Shown: positions 25,290-40,529, counted from the stretch's first letter. The stretch: 64,000 bases of DNA from Lama glama (GCA_028534125.1 CM052818.1:13394001-13458000), one strand, 5' to 3'. Notes: generated by a model from the sequence alone, not told the origin. A program made the numbers and translations.

Positions 25290-28200
25290 AAAATAAAAAG
25301 ATAGACAACCCAATAGAAAAATGGTCAAAAGACATGAAAAGGTATTTCTCAGAGGAACATCCACAAATGACTGGTAAATTTATGAAAAAGATGCTCACCT
25401 CATCAGTAATCAGGGAAATGCAAAATAAAACCTCAATGAGATACCATTTTACAGCCACCAGTAAATTTAAAGTCTGATAATTGAAATGTTAACAATAATC
25501 TGGAACAATAGAAACTCTGAAACACTGCTGGTGGGATTACAAAATGCTACAAATCCTCTGGAAAAAAAATTTGGCTTTTTTAGAGCAGTAAATATGCCTA
25601 CCCTACAACCCCACAATTCTAATACTAAGAATACATTTCTTACACGTAAGCACCAGGAGATATATACAAGGATTGCGGTGACTTTTTTTTTTGTATTATC
25701 ATAAACTAGAAACAACAGAAGAGTAAATAAATAAATACTATATATGCATTAAAAAGAAAGCATCAACATTGATGATTCTTAGTGAATAATGTTTAGTTTT
25801 AACAAAAAGGAAGCCACAAAAGAATTCATAAAGTATGATTCTAGTTCTAAATCATTCAACCATATACAAAATTAAGTAATACATTGTTTAAGAATTGTAC
25901 AAATGTGATAAAAAATAAAGAAAAGAACAAAATTAAGGAAATCAACTACCTCCAGAGAGAAGGGGAATATGATGTGATAGGAACTTACATAAATTTTAAA
26001 AGTTTTGGAAATGTACTATTCCTAAACTGAGGTGTGAGTACAGGATTGTTTTATTTTTATTATTCTTCAAACAGTGTATGTATGGTATTTACATGTTCAT
26101 TTGTACAAATGATATATTTAATTTTAAAAATAAAAATTAAAGGTTTAAACTGTATATCAAAAAATCACAAACGTTAAAAGCAAATGGCAATGTAAAAACG
26201 TCTTGTGTCTAGTAGACTAGAGTTATTACAGTTTTTAAATCCTACAAATAAACTTAATACAAAAATAGACTAACACTGAAAAAATCCACCAAAGATTATA
26301 GACGTACATGTAAATATGTTTTAAAAAGGCATTCAACGTCACCAGTAATTAATGAAATAGAAATCAGAGCAACCATGTGATGCCATTTTCAACTGTGAGA
26401 ATGTCAAAGATTAAAAAGACAAGGATAGTGAAGAATAAAAGATCATTCATATGCAACGGGAGGGACGATACATTGATGTACTATTTCTGGAGAACAATTT
26501 GGCAACAGATAGCAAAAGCCTTAATGTGTGCTTATCCTTTAACCCAGGAATTCTGTTTCCAGAAATTTATCTCAATAAAATAAACAATCAAATGCACAAG
26601 ATTTTTGTATAAGGATTTATAATCAGTAAACTCTTCACTAATATAATAATATAAACTTGGAAACAATTTAAATGTCCAATAATTAGGGATTGGCTAAATA
26701 CATTATAGCAATCTACACAGCATCACATTAAGCAATCATTAGATGATACATAGATACTTAATTGTGAACAAGAAAATGTGTTGACCACAATATTAAATGG
26801 AGAAAAAACAGTTGCAATGTAAGTAGGCATAGTATGACCCTATCTTACATATATGCATTATATACATACAAAATATTTATAAAATATATATGTGTGTATG
26901 TATGCATAAATTGAGAGGTACTATCTTTCAAAATGAAAATGTTAACACTTGTTATCTCTGGGTGGTAGGATCTGAGGTAATTTTATGTCTTTTTGCTTGT
27001 CATTAGTTTCTGCAATAATCATATATAATGAATAATTTTTAAAGAATATTTAAATGTATTACTTTAAAAAATTATATTGTGTGTAAATAACACCAGAAAT
27101 AATGCCATCACAATTTTTTTAAACTTCACATTTTTCTTTATGGTGAATTGGCATTTTTCAAAGGGAAGATGATGAGGCTCAAGAAGTATTGTCGATTCCA
27201 ACCAAGACTATTCAACTACAGCACACAATAGAAGCCACTAGTGAAATGATTTTTAAATTCCGTATTGTAATGTGGCCACAGTTTAATACAACAGAGTAAG
27301 GAAGTTGTAAAAATTAACATCAAATATCAGGGGGGAAATTAGGAAATCTGCAGAAATTTGACAAATTAATAAAAAAGTAATCTAGAGTACAGTGATGGTA
27401 TACATTAAATATGAGAACCCTATATATAGAATTAGAAATTTTCAAGGTTATAAATTGTTTACATATTGTGCTTCCATTATGGGTGTTTGATGGATCTCCT
27501 GACATTATATAGTTAACAATGTAATGAGAAGAAAAACAAAAGGAACCTTAGAGACCATGGGGATTAGTAATAGGACCTAGGGACTTTCACCTCTAGTTCA
27601 TTGTTTGGAATTTAGCCTACATCAACAAATGACTAAGAATTATAAGCTACACTTCATTCCCGGTGATTACATGGTCCCCTTTGCCTGGAGAAAAAGTATT
27701 CAATTCAAAGAGCAACCTACAGAGGTGGCACTTCTTCTAGGATTCTGCAAACACTGTAGAAATTAAAGATCAGTCCTAATTTTTACTAATTCTCTAAATA
27801 ACTACACATGTACAAAAACAGGAAATGAGGAAGTAAAAACTTCAGGATACAAATGGCTTAAATTCCGAATAAAATTATCCAGTCTAACTTTCACACAAGG
27901 GCTGGTTAGTTTTCATTAACACTAAACCATAATGTGATTAGAAGACAAACTTGACCAATCCAAAACTATTTTGAATTTCACTTCAAATTTGATGCCTTAG
28001 CATCAAAAGTTCAAGGTTTCTGTTACATTTAACACATGGTATAAACCTCCCTATGAGTGCCTCCTAGTAAGTACCCCAAACTCATATATTTTATATCTTC
28101 ATAGCAAAACATTTTCCCAGTAGAGTTGAGTTTTCTATCAGAAAATGAGCAATTATGCCACAACTTGCTAACAAATGTTCTTTACAGATTTTTGCAGTGA

Positions 28201-30226
28201 AGACCCAATTAGTTGTGTCTGTTTGACTCATGCTGGCTTTCATTCAGAGAGTGAATTTATGTGGTAAGACCTGTTCTTTTCTAGAGATATGACTAGTGGT
28301 TGAATAATGCTAAGTATACATGGCTAAGATCCCAAAATCTGACAAATTAGATTACTGCTTGTAGATTTAAATTCCAGTTGAGAACATCTCACAGTTCCCA
28401 AGGGTCATCACAAACTGTAATCATAAATGTTATTTATTCATGACTAAATAAGAAAAAATTAGTAGGTAGAGGGTTAGAAGGTCAGAGGTGGGAGGTTACT
28501 GGAAGGATAAATCTGTCAGCTATTTAGGTTAAATATAACATTCAGAAGCAGCTCTTTCAGGTATAAAATGATTTAGCAAATTTCTAACAGGAAATTTTGG
28601 GGTGGGGGGGTAATTCTTACCAAATACAGAGATCCTAAAAATGATTTGATAGTAATATTATAGAGTGATAGCCCTCAAAAATTCACGTGTTTTAACCCCC
28701 TTTTTAACCCAACTTCTGAAGAAAATTTTACAATCAAAAAAGAATAGGAAAAGAGATAAAACCAGCTAAAGTACTTATAAGAAATACAGTACTGAAACTG
28801 AGTAGATTATGCCTGATCCCAGCTGTTGACTTCTTACCTTTTCTAAAAATCACATTTGAGATTTGAAACATGAAAATAATATGTTCCAAGTACCAGGTAC
28901 TCTTTAAAAATAAAATATTGCTGGAGTAGGGGGAAAGTAAGAGAGGCCTTAAGAGTCTGAGAAAAGCATGTAATACACAACTAAACCCTTTCCAGGCTTC
29001 TAGAAATTCTGAAGACCAGCAACCAGACTGAAAACACAATTACCACAAGAAGATCCAATTAAACATACTCTGGATTCTATGAAACAACATGACTTCATTG
29101 GGGGTAATATAAATGCTTTGACAGCTGGGTTAAAAAAAGTGGCGGGGTAGGGGATGATCTGTTCTTCAGCTACTCATGGATGACTTTTGAGTAGATGCGA
29201 TTCCTGACTCTGGTTATGTCTACTACAAACCCCATGCATGCTGAGTATTTTAGTGGCAAAATAAATCTTAAGATGTTTGTATGACAACAGGTACCTGGGT
29301 CATATAAGAAATGATTTAAGGGGATTTTTGTTGAATGTTTTTATTGAACATTTCTTTTTCCCCATGACCATAGTTAATTTAGACCCATCTCTTTCATTTT
29401 ATTTTGTCAGAAGACTGTAGCTTTACCCTCCCTTTCTTAAAAAGTCAATTTTCTGATAGCCATTCAAATGTTCTAACAAGATTCTGATGATAAACAGCCA
29501 GTGGATTTTTGAGTAAATTTATGCTCTCCTGAGGTGGAAAAGTAATAAAATATCTTGGGTAGAATGGCTATCTAAAAATATGCCAAGGTAATAGGCCATT
29601 ATTTGTACATGTTAATAATGGCACAGACAGAATCGCTCTTGAAGAGACAGGCGCTTGGAGTCCCTTTTCCTGTGTGGTCATGGATATGCTTTGAGCCCGC
29701 CATGGCCCCTAAAAGTTCCCTTATGACCAAGAGCATTTGTCTTTATATATATTTCTCTGTGAAGAGTTAAATTTGTTCAGGTATCAAACAGATAACCCTG
29801 ATCACTTAAACAGTGTGTATTGACCATTTGAACAATACACAACAAAACTAAACGCATCCCTCGCAGGCAGGGCCAGATTAGACAGGTCTCTAAGCCTCAG
29901 CTTTCTTATCCTTATATTGAAGACAGCAATAGATCCTACCTCATAGCGCTGCAGTGAAGATTAAGTCTAGCACACAGTGAGTCTCTGAAATCATGTCCTC
30001 TTACTAGATCACAAAGCCACACAAACACAAAATTACTTAATTGAAGGAATGTTTTGTTTTGTTGGTTTTTGAGAACACTTTGACTCATTAACACCCATTT
30101 AAAATGTAAGTATGTGTATTTCTCCCTTCAGTACTCTACTTCTCCAGTTTTCTTGATCAAGTTCAAAATAGAAACTAAATACTTAATTAAGATTCTCTAT
30201 CTAGAAATTATCTCTTATGGAGAAAT

Positions 30227-30426
30227 CAGGGCAGACTCAGATTTTTTTCCTTTTTTTGGCTTGAAACATATACAGTTTGGGGGTCCTCTTTAAGAAAAAG
30301 AATATGAAAGTTTGAATACAGAACTAGGTACAGGGTGTTAGAAATTTGAAATACAAAATTATATATAAGGCTGTACTAGTGAGGGGGCTCTGAAGTTTCA
30401 TTAACTTCAGGATAAATCCACCTCTG
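30227..30426 (+). mobile_element. MER53-like hAT MITE
   Basis: cagggcagactcag...tttgggggtcctctttaagaaaaagaata...taaatccacctctg. Confidence 0.75.
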
Positions 30427-31019
30427 ATAGCAGTGTTAACATTAGAAGCATCATGTATTAGTTTCATGCTTACAGCCTAAAAAAATTAATTTGTGCTAAA
30501 ATGTGAGCAATATGGTACTTACAGTATAGATGGGCTGCTTGGATATAATTATGAAAGCAGAATTCTTGTTACTCAAATAAATTTACATTTTGAATAAAAG
30601 GGCCAAAGAAATCCTATAGTCATATCTTTTATAATGCCAAGAATTCTTGTATGAAATGAATGAGCTATTTTCAAAACTTAGATTCTTGTGACCTGCTTGT
30701 TTATAGCAGTAACTGTAACTACTTTTCAGTTCTCTCAATTCGTCATGAGACAGAACTTTGTAGGAACTTATCAGATCTCAGATGTAACATAATTCTTAAG
30801 AAGAAGACATTACCTTGATCATAAAAAGACTTCTTTTCAGAGGAAACAGTTCTATCACCTAACATTTTCTTCACAATACTCTTGGAAAATAAAATTAGCA
30901 TACATCAAGAGAGGTATATAATAGTAAACTTATCATCTGTTATTGTAGCCAACCAGTAATTCCAGACTAATCCTTTACATTTAATGACATACAAACTTCA
31001 AATGTTTCATAAATTGAAA

Positions 31020-31610
31020 TAACTTCTTGACTTGACAGCAGCCACTGTCTCTACTTCATTATTTTTTATTCACTCTTCAACCTGCTGCAGTCTGGTTTCC
31101 ATTCCCACACCTCCCATTAAACTGCTCTATTCACGGTCAAATATGATCTCTGTTTCCAAATCCAGTCGACACTTTTCAACTTGTGACAAATATACTTGAA
31201 ACCCACTTATGTAGCATCATGTGGCCCTGATTGCCTAGTTTGGCAAACAAGGACCTCAAGACCCAAATCCTAGTTTATCTCTCCAGTCTCAACTCCCTTT
31301 CTTCCCTCTCCTTGATCCCTACTCCATCATACTGCACTGTTCACACTTCCCGGGAGACTCTCTAAACCTCTGTGAAGGGCCATTTCCTCCCTTGCCAGTG
31401 ACTGACATGACTTATCCTCCGATGTCCCTTCTCCTGGGAAGCAAATGTTCCTTGACCTCCCATGGTGAGATGAATTGCCCCTTCCTTGTGCTCTCTGTGC
31501 TGCCACATCATATTGCATTATAAATGCCTGTTTAGGTGTTTGACACCTCTCCAGACTATAATATCCAATGCTTAGTACACAGTGTGTGTTCTACAAATAT
31601 TTGTAGAAAA
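31020..31610 (+). mobile_element. L2 fragments
   Basis: gcagtctggtttccattccca...aaactgctct and an L2 3' end at ~31570-31610. Confidence 0.6.
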
Positions 31611-34600
31611 ACTGAGGCACTAGTAAAATTTTTAAAAACTATTTAAAAATAAATAAATAACACGCAATCACACACAAACCATCCAGATGATTTTACATAG
31701 ATATTTGGCTAAGTTTTACTTTCTGTTCATAAGATTCAATTGTAACAACCAAATGGATTTAATAATTTCAAATAAAGTGCAATACCAGTTAATCAACATA
31801 TAATCACCCAATTAAATCTAACCACAAAATTAAACACTGTTATCTCTGTATTGCAGTCTACATTACTGCCCATAAATGATTTGGCTGTTAGGTTTGTGTT
31901 TCACAGAATTTACTGATTTAGCAGTCTACTTGAAGAGCATACAGTCGTTGAATTTATAGTGATTTTATAGTGATAAACAGTCTATTAATTAGTTTCAAAT
32001 ATATAACTAAGAGCTTTCTCATATAAACGTTATTTCTACAAATTGAAAGCTAGTCAGATTTAATGCATGATCACTTACAAATAATGGAAATACATGTTCC
32101 CTTTCATTTTCAAAGGAATTGAGTTTGGATGTATCTTAAACATTCTATGTGTTTTAAAATCTCACTGTTGTCCAAATGAAATAGCGAATCAAAAGAATAA
32201 GACATAACCCTCGCTTTTACAAATTTGCACTTTAAGAAACCTAGTTAGAAAGACTAAAATATACACAGATTAACTCTACTGTATTTCCCAGATCCATTAA
32301 GAAGCAGTCTTTTCTGGTTTTTCAATATTCCAAAGAAAATGGCAGCAAAACAGAGTCACAAAAAGAAGCAGATAAGCATTTTTTGAAGCTAATTACTCTT
32401 GACCAGAGGATGGGAGGAAGGGAGCCATTTTCTTGGTAATATTCTCGGGTGTTCTCTAAGATTCTTCAACTAAACCGGTGCTTCCAAGAAAAAACTAACT
32501 ACTCATTCAATAATTCATCCAACACATTTTTGTTGAGAGCTTACTCCATGCCAAGCACTGACACAGAGGTGCACAGGCAGAAAACAGCCCCTGCCCTTGT
32601 CGAGCTTAGACCCAGATGTTATGAATGTTTGACAGCAGCTTATGACTGGAGGAAAAAAAAATCTGAATCTCTTAACTCTTACTCCAATAACATGCCCTTA
32701 TAATTTTACTCTGTTATTATAAACCACTTCCCAGACCTGGATAATTATGTTACAAGTGTGTAGTGTGTGTCTCAAAAAATACCTTTGGTCCCCCAGAAAG
32801 GATTAAGCATTATCTATCTCCCTTTCCAAATTAGAAGGGGCCAGAGGTTGGGTTTTCTTCTTTGCATCCCCAACACTCAGCCCAGGGCCTGGAACACAGC
32901 AGGCACTCAAAAAGAAATGAAGGGATTAATATTATACAGGATAAGAACCAAGAAAATTGGATTCCAGACCCACCTCTGCTATTAAATGTGTGCATCTGTC
33001 TGTTTTCAGGTAAATTTCTTCATCTATATAAATAGACAAGTGGTATTAAACTTGTGTAGCTCTGAAATATAATTGTAAGAAGAAAATGAATGGCAAAGAA
33101 GGTCAAAGAATAAAAGATCTAGTGCTGATTTAATGACTTTTGATAAATACGAGAATATGAGAATAAGAAGGGTCTGAAAAATGATCCTCAGGCTGAAATA
33201 TAGAAAATAGGAAACAAGTTCCTTTTACATGACTCTAAAATGTTTTATTTCATTTAAACTAATTCTTAACATGTTCAATACCAGTTTCAAGGCTATTTAT
33301 AGAAAAAAGAGTAAGAATTAAAGGGCAAAGGGTATTGTCTGTGACCTTATTGCCTGTGACCCAATTGTTACCTATTCCATGTAAATGCACTGATGTTGCT
33401 TTAAGAAATCTGGTTTTCCTCAGCAGCTGGTAGAAAAATAAATGAGGGGCTAAAAGATGGTAGGGAGGAAAGAACCACAGCAGATGCTGTGGGGAAGAGG
33501 AGAAATGTAGCAGTAATTAGGCACACCAACAAGAGCCAGCATGTAGCAAGATTAGCAAAACTTTTTGAGGAAAATCCGAAAGGAAGTCTAGAATTAGCAA
33601 ATGTTCAAAGGTTCTTCACTCTGTAGTGGAAATTCAAAACCCTTTCTATCTTTATTACCAACCAACAGATCACCCTTGCAGACTAAAGTATAAGTTGATG
33701 TAGAGATACACATGCCATGTTCTCCACTGAAATTTGGACATTTCAGTTTGTCTGGTGAAGTGGTAGCGTGGGCCGGCTGGAAGGTGACCTGCATTGGGAG
33801 ACTAAACAGCCTTCTGTGGAAAACCCAAGCTTGATTCAACAGCTAGGAAACAATTGTTGGGGAGGAAAAAGGGAGGGTATCAGCATGTCCTGTGAATAGT
33901 ATGGCCACTCAGGTTTGTCCCCATGGCCAAAGCCTTGGGCATTGATTCTTAAGAAAAGGTGCTGATGAGAGAATAGACTCAAGAAACTGTTTTTGTTATT
34001 GATTATGTAGATATTGATGTCCCGTGTAATGCCACTTTGGTGCCCATGTGACAAAATGTAGGTCGAGAGGGGACAAGAGACATTTTCCTTGCTTCTGCAT
34101 TGGTCCAGGGCAGTTTCAGAGCATCGGAGCCTCCAGAAAACAGTTCACTTTGAAACCTCAAGGGCTCCAGCCCAACTGTGGGAGCCACAGTACCCAACAG
34201 ACTGTCCCCAGGAGAGCTATGCCATTTTGCAGGCTCAGCAGCTCTCAACTGTCAGCAGAAGTGAGAAGGATGCATCATGAGCCCATTTAAGACCCCCTCA
34301 AGCCTATCCTGCCTAGGAGGAGAGACTCTGTACTGAAGGTCCTGTAGTAACACAAGATACGAAGGCTGAAAGATTATTATTCTCAATGTGAGGCTGCTGT
34401 GGCCTGAAGTAACTTCAGAGGCCTAGATTAATTCTGCTCTCTAGGACCATTTCATGTCCCTGGGCCTCCATTAATTCATTCCTTTTTAATAAACATATTT
34501 GGCGCACAAACTAGAGGCACTCTGCTGAGGGCTGAGGATATCAAGACTAATATCACCTGGCCCTTCAAAGAGATTTTGACCCTGTAGGGGAGACAGACAC

Positions 34601-35029
34601 AGACACACGGACATCATAAACTGTATGTCAATGTAATGAAAAGGGAAAACACGTGGTGCTGTGGTAGTGTACACAAGTATCTTCCCAATCTGTGTCATAA
34701 AATGATGGGGATAATTTTCCCCTCAAAGCCAGATTTTCTTTTTGTTTTGTTTTAAGTCATACATTGTCTCTAAGCACTAATTTCCTTAACTGAAAAATGA
34801 GAACACATCTACAGCTGTTATAAGAAATTGAGATAATTTACTTTTAAAAATGCTTAATACATTGTCTGGAACTTAGCATACATGTAGAATTTGTCAGTTA
34901 CTCTTATTTTACATCTACATACAGGTCTCTTCAAGGTCTTTCTGATCCATCAACTTTTTTAAAAAATAAGATATCTCAAAATAGTCTGCATAAGATATTA
35001 TCTTAATTTGGGGTTTTTTAAAAAGCCAG

Positions 35030-35500
35030 ATTTTCAATCAACCAAGTGGAGCATGATTATTATCTAGGAAATTATGGTAGTCTAAATCTGTAATGACCAG
35101 AACCAAGAGCTAGAAATTATCCATAGAGAAAATCAAAGATAAGCTTTACAAAATATTATACAATATGAAGAACTGTTCAAAACATAAATATTGAAAAAGA
35201 ATTTAAAAAGGTACAAAATTTTATACATATATAATATACATGTTCCAAAAGACAGTATTGTCTACATTTGTATATATACTTAGAATAAATATGCAGGAAA
35301 GAGAGAAGTCAAGAGAGAGCCAGTGAGCATATAGAAAAGTCTGGAAAGAAATACAAGCAAAATATCAATAGTGGTTGTCTCTTAGAGTGATAATAGTTAA
35401 GCCATTTTCATTATGGATGATTTTAATTTACATTTTTATATTTTCCTATTTTTATAAAATGTCTTCATTGAGCGTATATTACTTTTTAAATCAGAAAAAA
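35030..35500 (+). mobile_element. Old L1M 3' UTR fragment
   Basis: tctggaaagaaatacaagcaaaatatcaatagtggttgtctct followed by a T-rich stretch and A tail. Confidence 0.55.
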
Positions 35501-38500
35501 AATACTACTGTTTAAAAAAGTCGTTAGGAAGAAGGAGGCAACAGGATGTTTAGAAACAAATTCATTTTTAAATGTTAGCAAACTACTGAAAATAAGCTTC
35601 TAATCAAGATTGTCATTTTAGAACCTATTGTTATACTCCTTCAAAAGAAAAATAAGCACTATTTTGTCTAAAATATACCTGATTCATGAATTATTTTTAA
35701 ATTGCTAGCTATTAGTTAGCTCTAGCACAGAATTTCTGAAAGTGTTTGAAAGGAGACTAAGTGATAGAAATTCAAGTTGTGTATACAGCACAACCCTATT
35801 TTCTTCACTGATTACATAGTTCCTTGGAGAGAAGAAACAATAACTTCCTAATATAGCATAAACTTATATACAAAGTAAGTGTCCATAATATACAGAGAAG
35901 AAAAAAAAAAACAACCAGTTATTCATAGAACTTGCCAGGTATTTAAACCAGCTATCAGGAAATTCAAGACTAAGAGTTTTATTTTTTATATATCTGAATG
36001 TGATGAATTGAACCATGATAGCCATTTTGCATCACACATAGTGCCTGACACCTTCTCTCCAAGCCAAACATTCAATAAAAAATGAGGATGACAACAAAGA
36101 TGACACTATGTAGTATCTTTATTGTTCATTCCACAAACATCTGATAAGTATCTCCCAAGTTCAAGGCTATCTTCTTGCCCTCAGCAAAAGACCATCAAGT
36201 TCAACTCCCAGCTGGGCTGGAGCTGAGCTTTAGCATGGGCTTGGGGTAGTGTCCTGGGAGCTTGCAGCGGGGGCAGATACGAGGGTCACTTGACCAAGGT
36301 CTACACAGCATAGTGTTAAGCAGAAATAACACAAAAGGTAATCTCTATGAGAAACATCAAAATCAAAGTCAGGCTGACCAAGTGATTTGTCGATCCAAAG
36401 TGGGGGCGGGGGTGGGATACAGGCTGAGAGGACTTCTGCTAGGAGGCAATCAGTAGAAATCCAAAACAGACAAGAGGATTCATGAGATAAGAACAGGTGG
36501 AAAAATTTCCTCAGGCAAAGTGCGCTCTGCATAAAGCTTCCCAGAGCACTTCTGCAGTGTAGCCTGGAAGGGAGGTATACAAACACAGCTCCTGTCTTCA
36601 TGAAGATGAGTCTGGCAGAAGAGAGATAAGATCCACTTCATTCTGCACACTTACATGTCAGCTTCACCCTAAAGCTCCCTAAGCTTCGAAACATGCTTCA
36701 GTCAAATGCTCAATTTGTGTTGTATGATTCAATGGATGATGATAGTGAAGATTATGTTGAAGAGAAAAAGGAAGCTGTAGGCAAAAGAGATAGGGCAGGG
36801 AAGTGGAATGCTCCAAGGAAAAGGGGTCCAGACACTTGGTTCTAGTTCTTGGCTCTACTACTAACAATAGTTAACTTGGACAAGTCATCTAAGCTCCAAG
36901 TTTCATGAGGGAATTGGAGGAGATGGTCGCTAAGATCCCTTTTTTCCTTCCTTTTCCTTTTCTCCATAAAATGCATTCATCTTTCTTAAATCAGATTGGA
37001 AAGACCTTTCTGATCCTGCCATTTCTCCAACTGAATTGAACAAATTTAAGTGTTTTATAACTCTTGGCCCTTTTGAAAATTAACTGCAATTGAAGCATCT
37101 GCTTGAACAGACTTATTTAATACATACACACACATACACACTTATCTAAGCAATATCCTTGCAATACCTCCCTTGTGGAAATGTAAACTTTTAACCTCTT
37201 ACCTTGAATACAGTTTCCACATTTGCCCTATTTAATCAATGATAAAAGTCAGATATGTCATTCTTTATATTTTTTCCGTTAGCAGCATACTGTAAATTCC
37301 AAGTAGAAACATTTTTTCCCTCTCCACATTCTACAGTGAGAAAGAAGTTAATGCTACTTTATCAAAATAATTTATGCCTTAAAATTCCTCAAAGAGCAGA
37401 GAGAAAGTAATGATGTCCATTCCATTTTAGGCTTAGGTCTCAGCAGTTTCATTGGTATAGGATATGACATACTAAGGAAAAAAATCATAAATCAGTTTTA
37501 GTAATGCTATTACAAAATTTTTAATTCTAAATTTCAACATATATAATGTTTTTTATTTTGTTTCAACCACTGCTCTCTAAAAAATTAATTTAAATATTTT
37601 CAAAAAGATTTTAAAACCTGTTTTGTTACCTGTAAGCAGTATCAAGATACAAGATCAAGCATTCACAAAAGGACAAATGAGGAGGATTTTCTGTTTTAAT
37701 AAAATCCACAAAGTGAAGGAAAAGATAATTCAAGCAAGGTAAAATAAAATTGGAAAGCAGAATATTCTAAAAGTCAACAAAATATTATGGAAAGACTCCA
37801 AACTGGCAAAAGTGGGGGAGTAATGATCCATTTCATTAAATTATATATGGAAATAAAATTACTAATTTTCAAGGGATATTATTTCTAATTTCATACTCCA
37901 AAATGCAATCATCTTGAAACCCCATTAGCCTTGATTAGCCAAATGAAGATTCCGGAAAAGCTAATTTTGAAAAAAAGAGAGGAAGGAACTTGTTGCTCAA
38001 AACCAAATAAAGCTCCACATCTGTGTCCGCATCTGAAGTTGCTCTGTAAGATCTGACAACTTGTTAGAAAGCAAATTTTTTTTGCAAAGCAGTGGATTTA
38101 CATCATACATTTCATCTCTCCAAGGAAATTCTAATTACTGGTTCCAATCATTTCTGATTGATTTGCTTTTTATTCATCCAAGGTATTCTCTGCTCTGTGA
38201 TGAAATCAAGCCTTCAATAAAATTCCAAAAATTTCAGAACAATTTACAAGCTCCAGATGACTGAAAGTTTTCTCATGTCCATTTGGCATTCAAGAGAGAG
38301 TTTCACCAAATATATTCTGAAGAATAAATCTGGCACTCACTAAAACAAAGAACTCACCAGTGACATACTTGAGGCAAATTAATATCACATAAATGCAAAT
38401 TTGCCAATATTCTTTGAAGCCAAAGCTGCAATCCAGCCTCCATGTATTTCCATGAGTCCTTTTCTAAAGCACAAACCACCAATCACATGGGTTAATGTTT

Positions 38501-40529
38501 GGGGGGTATTTTAGCAATCAATTTAATAAAAACACATTATCTTCTGTGTAGAAATTTATAATGGGGTGTGTGTGTGTGTGTATTAGAAAAAACTTAGCAT
38601 GTGCTGAAAGCCCACTTAAATTCATCTCTTGGCCTGATGCTGACACCAATTCAGTGACAAAAGGTAAGATAAAAATCAAAGAATTTTAGGACTAAAAAAA
38701 AAATGTTAGGAGCAATCTCTTCCAAGAACTTGTTTCAATAGTGGAAAGTGTATCAGAAACACACATGTGTATTCACCACAAGGACATTTTCCATATAATG
38801 GTAAACTTAGCTATTCAAAAATATTGAATTTTTAAGTATCAATATGCAAGCAGCCCAAGAAAATAAATAATCAACAGTATTCTTGCAATACTATGTAACA
38901 GGGCTATCAGTAGTCAGTGATCAAATTTTACCACATCACTAAAAAATCTAATATTTAACAAATGAACTCTCTCTATGAAAGGCAAAGACTTATACAGCCA
39001 AATCTGGCCCCAGCAGTGGCTTCATTTCAACAGCTTCATAACGGCATTGTACTTTCAAAAACCAACTGGACCTAAATATTGCCCAGTTGGCTACATGGCC
39101 AGAATTTAGAGGCTAATTCTGGAATTCATAGTCTCTAGAACACCAGGGATACCCGTGGTGGGTCCTCGTTGGGCACAGTTCGCCTACACCTTAATCAGAT
39201 ACTCTTAGAACTAAGCCACACTGATGGGACATCTTTGATTCAGATGCACACTCAAAAGCAGACAAAGACTTAAAATCACAATGAGTGGTCACTGACATAT
39301 GTAAATCTCTTCTGAAATTGTGATCCCCTTCCCCAACCAAAAAGATCTTCAAATATTTAAAATCTCAGATTCCCCTGGGCTCATAACAATTTAGCAAGGT
39401 GAATTTATCACAATCTCCAATTGCAATCTGCTCAATCTATGCATCCAATTTGAATCTCTGTAGTTGTACCACATTGCAGAAATCATCCATGCCTCTGTTC
39501 TACCCCTGAAATCCTAAATTCAGTCAGTGGTGGGGAAGGAGTAACACAGGAGAGAATTTACAGCAGGGGTTCTAGTACCAGACAACCCCCTCTTTGCTGC
39601 TAACTACCTGTATGACCAGGGCAAGTTACTAAACTGCTCTGTGACTCAATTTCCTTTTCAGAAAAATAGGTGTAATAATAGTGCTGTTGAATTAACACTT
39701 GAAGTGCTTGCTTCAGTTCTTACATGGTGTAAGTAGTACATAAGTGTTAGCTATTCCTATTTATTATCAATAAGGAAATAAAATTTTATAAGCCACTTGA
39801 AATGCAAAAAAAAAAAAGCTATCCCAGAGACATTTATTCCAAAATTGCCATCATCTTAGGATATTGCTCAGTGTGGGGCCACAGATTTCCAGGACCCAGT
39901 CATTGAACTTTCAGTGACTAAGTGTCCAGACCCTGATTCTTCTAAATATCCTATAAAGTAGAGAGAATTACACACAAAAATATGGAGAATTTTTTTTAAC
40001 CTTAATAGCCTCTTTTATGCTAACATGCAATTAACCTGATTATCTGATTTACAAAGCTCTTGGCATAAACCAATGAGTGATGAGTCACTGTGACCAATAA
40101 TAATAACAGCAGCAAAGCTATGTGCAAAGAACTGTACTAAGAGCTTTATATGCATTTTCTTATTTAATATCCATAAAAACTCTATGAGAGAAATTACCAT
40201 TATTTCTCATTTAACATGTGAGAAAACATATTAAGTCCCCCAAAAGTTAAGTAACTCTCACAAAGTCAGTGAGTGGCACAGAAGGATTTGAACCCAGGCT
40301 CTCTGGATCCAAGCTCTATGCGACACCACCCCTTTTAGGGTGTGTCCATCATTTCTGAACTAATCACTGTGTCTATAGATTTGATGTTGATTGGGGGAGC
40401 CTGGGCCACATGCTCACCCAAAAAGTGAGGGGAAAAATAAGCTCCCGACAAATCATATGGACTGGAAATGTTCAAGGCCCACATAGTGTCTGGATTCAAG
40501 GATAGTAAAAAATAAGTAGACAAAGGATA

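Larger units (their letters stand above)
22190..27070 (+). mobile_element. Nested old L1M cluster (ORF1 and ORF2/3' UTR remnants)
   Basis: ORF 23686-23901 (TADILRVTVEARKLWNNTF...QPGIINLAKVPFK) resembles the L1 ORF1p C-terminal domain; ORF2 3' motifs at 25300-25720 and 26320-26750. Confidence 0.8.

Noticed and set aside
33430..34430. Moderately GC-rich block with several short ORFs
   Set aside because: Possibly an old LTR remnant, but I cannot assign a family or any coding signal
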